Positions 61,983 to 64,000 of a DNA stretch of 64,000 nucleotides are shown here, piece after piece. The position numbers and the translations under genes are program-made. Each line of letters starts with the position of its first letter. The first letter of the stretch is position 1. The notes under the pieces are model-generated. The model had not been told where the DNA came from. It did no database searches and saw only the letters and a program-made list of their open reading frames with translations. The stretch comes from a virus (taxonomy: Duplodnaviria; Heunggongvirae; Uroviricota; Caudoviricetes), in IMG/VR virus record IMGVR_UViG_3300050821_002507. The stretch is one strand, 5' to 3'.

Positions 61983-64000
61983 TTACATTTCATATGCCGT
62001 ACAACTTACATTGGCGACTATTGCAGTCCCGGCAGTAACCGCCGCGAGCCGCAGATCGAACCAATATGCCGTGCCGGGAGAAAGCCCGGTCGCGACCCCG
62101 ATATTGGCAAAAGAGACCGTTTGATTTGCCGCTGCCGCCGTCATGTTGGTGCCACCCAAACCCGTTCCAGTCGAAGCCGCTTGGTTTACAGGTGCGGTAC
62201 CGGTTCCATAGAATAGGCTGTTGAGGGCACCATCTCCGCTCGTATCATTGGCCATGCCGCCCTGAATTTCCAGGTAGACACGTGAACTATAGAGTGGCGT
62301 AATAGCGCAGGAACTACCTAATCCCATCATCACGCCAGCACCGGTTGCTGTCGTGCCTGTTGGATTTGATGGCGCCCCTACCATCGTGGCACCGCCGGTC
62401 GAGAGCATCGTCACGGAGGCGTTCGGGAACGTGAAGGTGCGGCCAGTCGCCGGCAGCGCCATGGTTGATGCCCCCGCGCCTGTCGTTGTTAGATTTGCAC
62501 CCAGCGTGAGCGTGCTTGATCCGTTGTTAACTCCCGTTCCTCCTACGCTCGCCGTCACAATGCCGGAATTAATTTCCGATCCTGCAATTGATTTGTTGGT
62601 CAGTGTGTCCGTGGTAGCGCGCCCCACCAAGGTATCGGTTCCCGCCGGCAATGTGAGTATACCGGCCGCGGTCGCCCCCGGCGTAAGCGTTGTGGCGCCG
62701 CTCGTGGTATTAGCCAGGATGATCTGACCGATGGTCGAGGCCGCCTGCCCTAATGTAAGAGCGCCGGCTGAGATATTGGCATTTGTGTTGCCGCTTACCG
62801 TATTGGTGCTTGCGGCGTAGTAAGTCAATTGCCCCGCAGTACCAGAGTTTACCGTTCCTCCACCGGCCGCATTGGCCCAGGAGGCGACACCAGAACCGTC
62901 AGTTGTGAGGACTTGACCTCCAGACCCTCCGCTTGTCGGCAGCGTAAGCGTCCACGTCCCGGCGGCGGCGGCCGGCTGAACGGTCACAGCACCGCTTGTG
63001 TTTCCAGCAAACGCCAAAACTCCCTTAGTCGCGCCAGATACGCCCAAAGTGGGAGTGGCCGTGAAGGCCGGGCCAGACCCAGCCAAGACCTGACCAGCGG
63101 CTCCCGCAACCGTGATATTACCGGTAGCGGTCGTAATTGCCAGTGGAGCACTCGCTGTAACCACAGGAGTCCCGCTTGCTGTTCCGAAGGTAATCGTAGG
63201 AGTTCCAGCGGCAGCTTGTGGTGTAAGAGTTACCGACCCCGAAGTATTCCCCTCCAAGACCACTTGCCCGATTGTGGTGCTCGCCACGCCCAATGTGAGG
63301 GCTCCAGCGCTCATATTGGCGTTTGCGTTACCACCCACAACGTTCGTGGATCCAGGATAATACGCGATCTGCCCAGCGGTTCCAGTGTTAACCGTTCCAG
63401 AGCCACTGATGACATTGCACCCGAAGGCGTGCGTAGAGGTGTTATAGGTAAGGGCATTCGCCGCTGTAGAGCACGAAAGAAGTGGTACTGCACCTGGAGC
63501 GGCCGACCCACCAGTAGCGTTTGCGAGCACGTTATCGGCAGCGATAGAGGCAAGAGATAGGGTACCTGTCGTCGTGATAGGGCCACCAGTAAGCCCTGTT
63601 CCGCTTGCTACGCTCGTGACTGTGCCGGTAGATGTCAGAGTGTTACACCCAAATCCAGTGTTTGTCGTCCAGATCAGCGCATTTGACCCACCACTACAGG
63701 ACGGCATAGACATGGCCGTTGGGACAGATGACCCGGAAGTATTATTTCCAATCACAGTATTAGCGGCGATAGCCGGGAAATCACCGATTACGATCCCCCT
63801 GAAGGCTGGAGTAGTCGCCCCTCCTGAAGTAGGACCAGCCCAGAATGTATTGGCGCTCTCGTTTGCTGATGTAAAGGTAAGTGTCCCTCCAGATGTAACC
63901 GGCGACCCAGACACCGTGAATATCGGCGGGGCGGCGAGAGCCACAGACGTTACTGTCCCGGTGCCAGAAACGGTGAGCCACGCCGGAACCCCAGAGGAAT
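61983..64000 (-). CDS. tail fibre protein with Thr/Gly/Ala repeat units; N-terminus may extend beyond the window
   Basis: 653+ aa with repetitive GTxT/SGT motifs. The frame is still open at the window edge (listed Met at 63944). Confidence 0.5.
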   Translation of the reverse strand, partial: SSGVPAWLTVSGTGTVTSVALAAPPIFTVSGSPVTSGGTLTFTSANESANTFWAGPTSGGATTPAFRGIVIGDFPAIAANTVIGNNTSGSSVPTAMSMPSCSGGSNALIWTTNTGFGCNTLTSTGTVTSVASGTGLTGGPITTTGTLSLASIAADNVLANATGGSAAPGAVPLLSCSTAANALTYNTSTHAFGCNVISGSGTVNTGTAGQIAYYPGSTNVVGGNANANMSAGALTLGVASTTIGQVVLEGNTSGSVTLTPQAAAGTPTITFGTASGTPVVTASAPLAITTATGNITVAGAAGQVLAGSGPAFTATPTLGVSGATKGVLAFAGNTSGAVTVQPAAAAGTWTLTLPTSGGSGGQVLTTDGSGVASWANAAGGGTVNSGTAGQLTYYAASTNTVSGNTNANISAGALTLGQAASTIGQIILANTTSGATTLTPGATAAGILTLPAGTDTLVGRATTDTLTNKSIAGSEINSGIVTASVGGTGVNNGSSTLTLGANLTTTGAGASTMALPATGRTFTFPNASVTMLSTGGATMVGAPSNPTGTTATGAGVMMGLGSSCAITPLYSSRVYLEIQGGMANDTSGDGALNSLFYGTGTAPVNQAASTGTGLGGTNMTAAAANQTVSFANIGVATGLSPGTAYWFDLRLAAVTAGTAIVANVSCTAYEM

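Noticed and set aside
62353-63560. Plus-strand ORFs inside the tail-fibre gene
   Set aside because: They are antisense to a long repetitive tail-fibre ORF. Composition is the mirror-image artefact of Thr/Gly codons.

Overview
This window looks like part of a large, high-GC phage or prophage genome from an alphaproteobacterial host. The host guess rests on a GcrA cell-cycle regulator homologue, Tat and lipoprotein signals, and the high GC content.

Layout:
- 1-12.5 kb, mostly + strand: an AAA ATPase fragment, small HNH endonucleases, an HTH-metallophosphoesterase, an HslV-like Ntn peptidase, DUF4406, a DUF5664-like protein, a HARE-HTH protein and an IS1/IS1595-like DDE transposase.
- 10.9-12.5 kb, - strand: a bona fide Ro60/Rsr (TROVE+vWA) orthologue. 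Immediately upstream on the same strand is a circularly permuted tRNA-like module consistent with a YrlA-type Y RNA.
- 12.9-20.8 kb, all - strand: about 32 tRNA or tRNA-like genes. Several have non-canonical anticodon loops (C33) or T/D loops. They are interleaved with vWA, XRE, RusA and HNH genes.
- 21-31 kb, - strand: a replication and nucleotide-metabolism module. It holds primase, SF2 helicase, MazG-like, DUF4326, HAD phosphatase, Gp37/Gp68, SSB, an MT-A70 methylase, a ParB/DUF262-like protein, a DnaA-domain-IV-like protein, DUF1064, GcrA, a Cro/YdaS-like regulator and an SPFH protein.
- 33-40 kb, + strand: a recombination module (ERF) plus many small translationally coupled ORFs.
- 40-45 kb, - strand: a membrane and lysis cassette (GH25 endolysin, holin-like TM proteins, lipoprotein, CHAP-like protein).
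- 45-64 kb, - strand: large virion and tail genes (1033-aa HExxH protein, repeat protein, Q/G-rich 949-aa protein, pectate-lyase-fold tailspike, tail fibre proteins).

All RNA calls are manual folds from the sequence. No software or database search was run.
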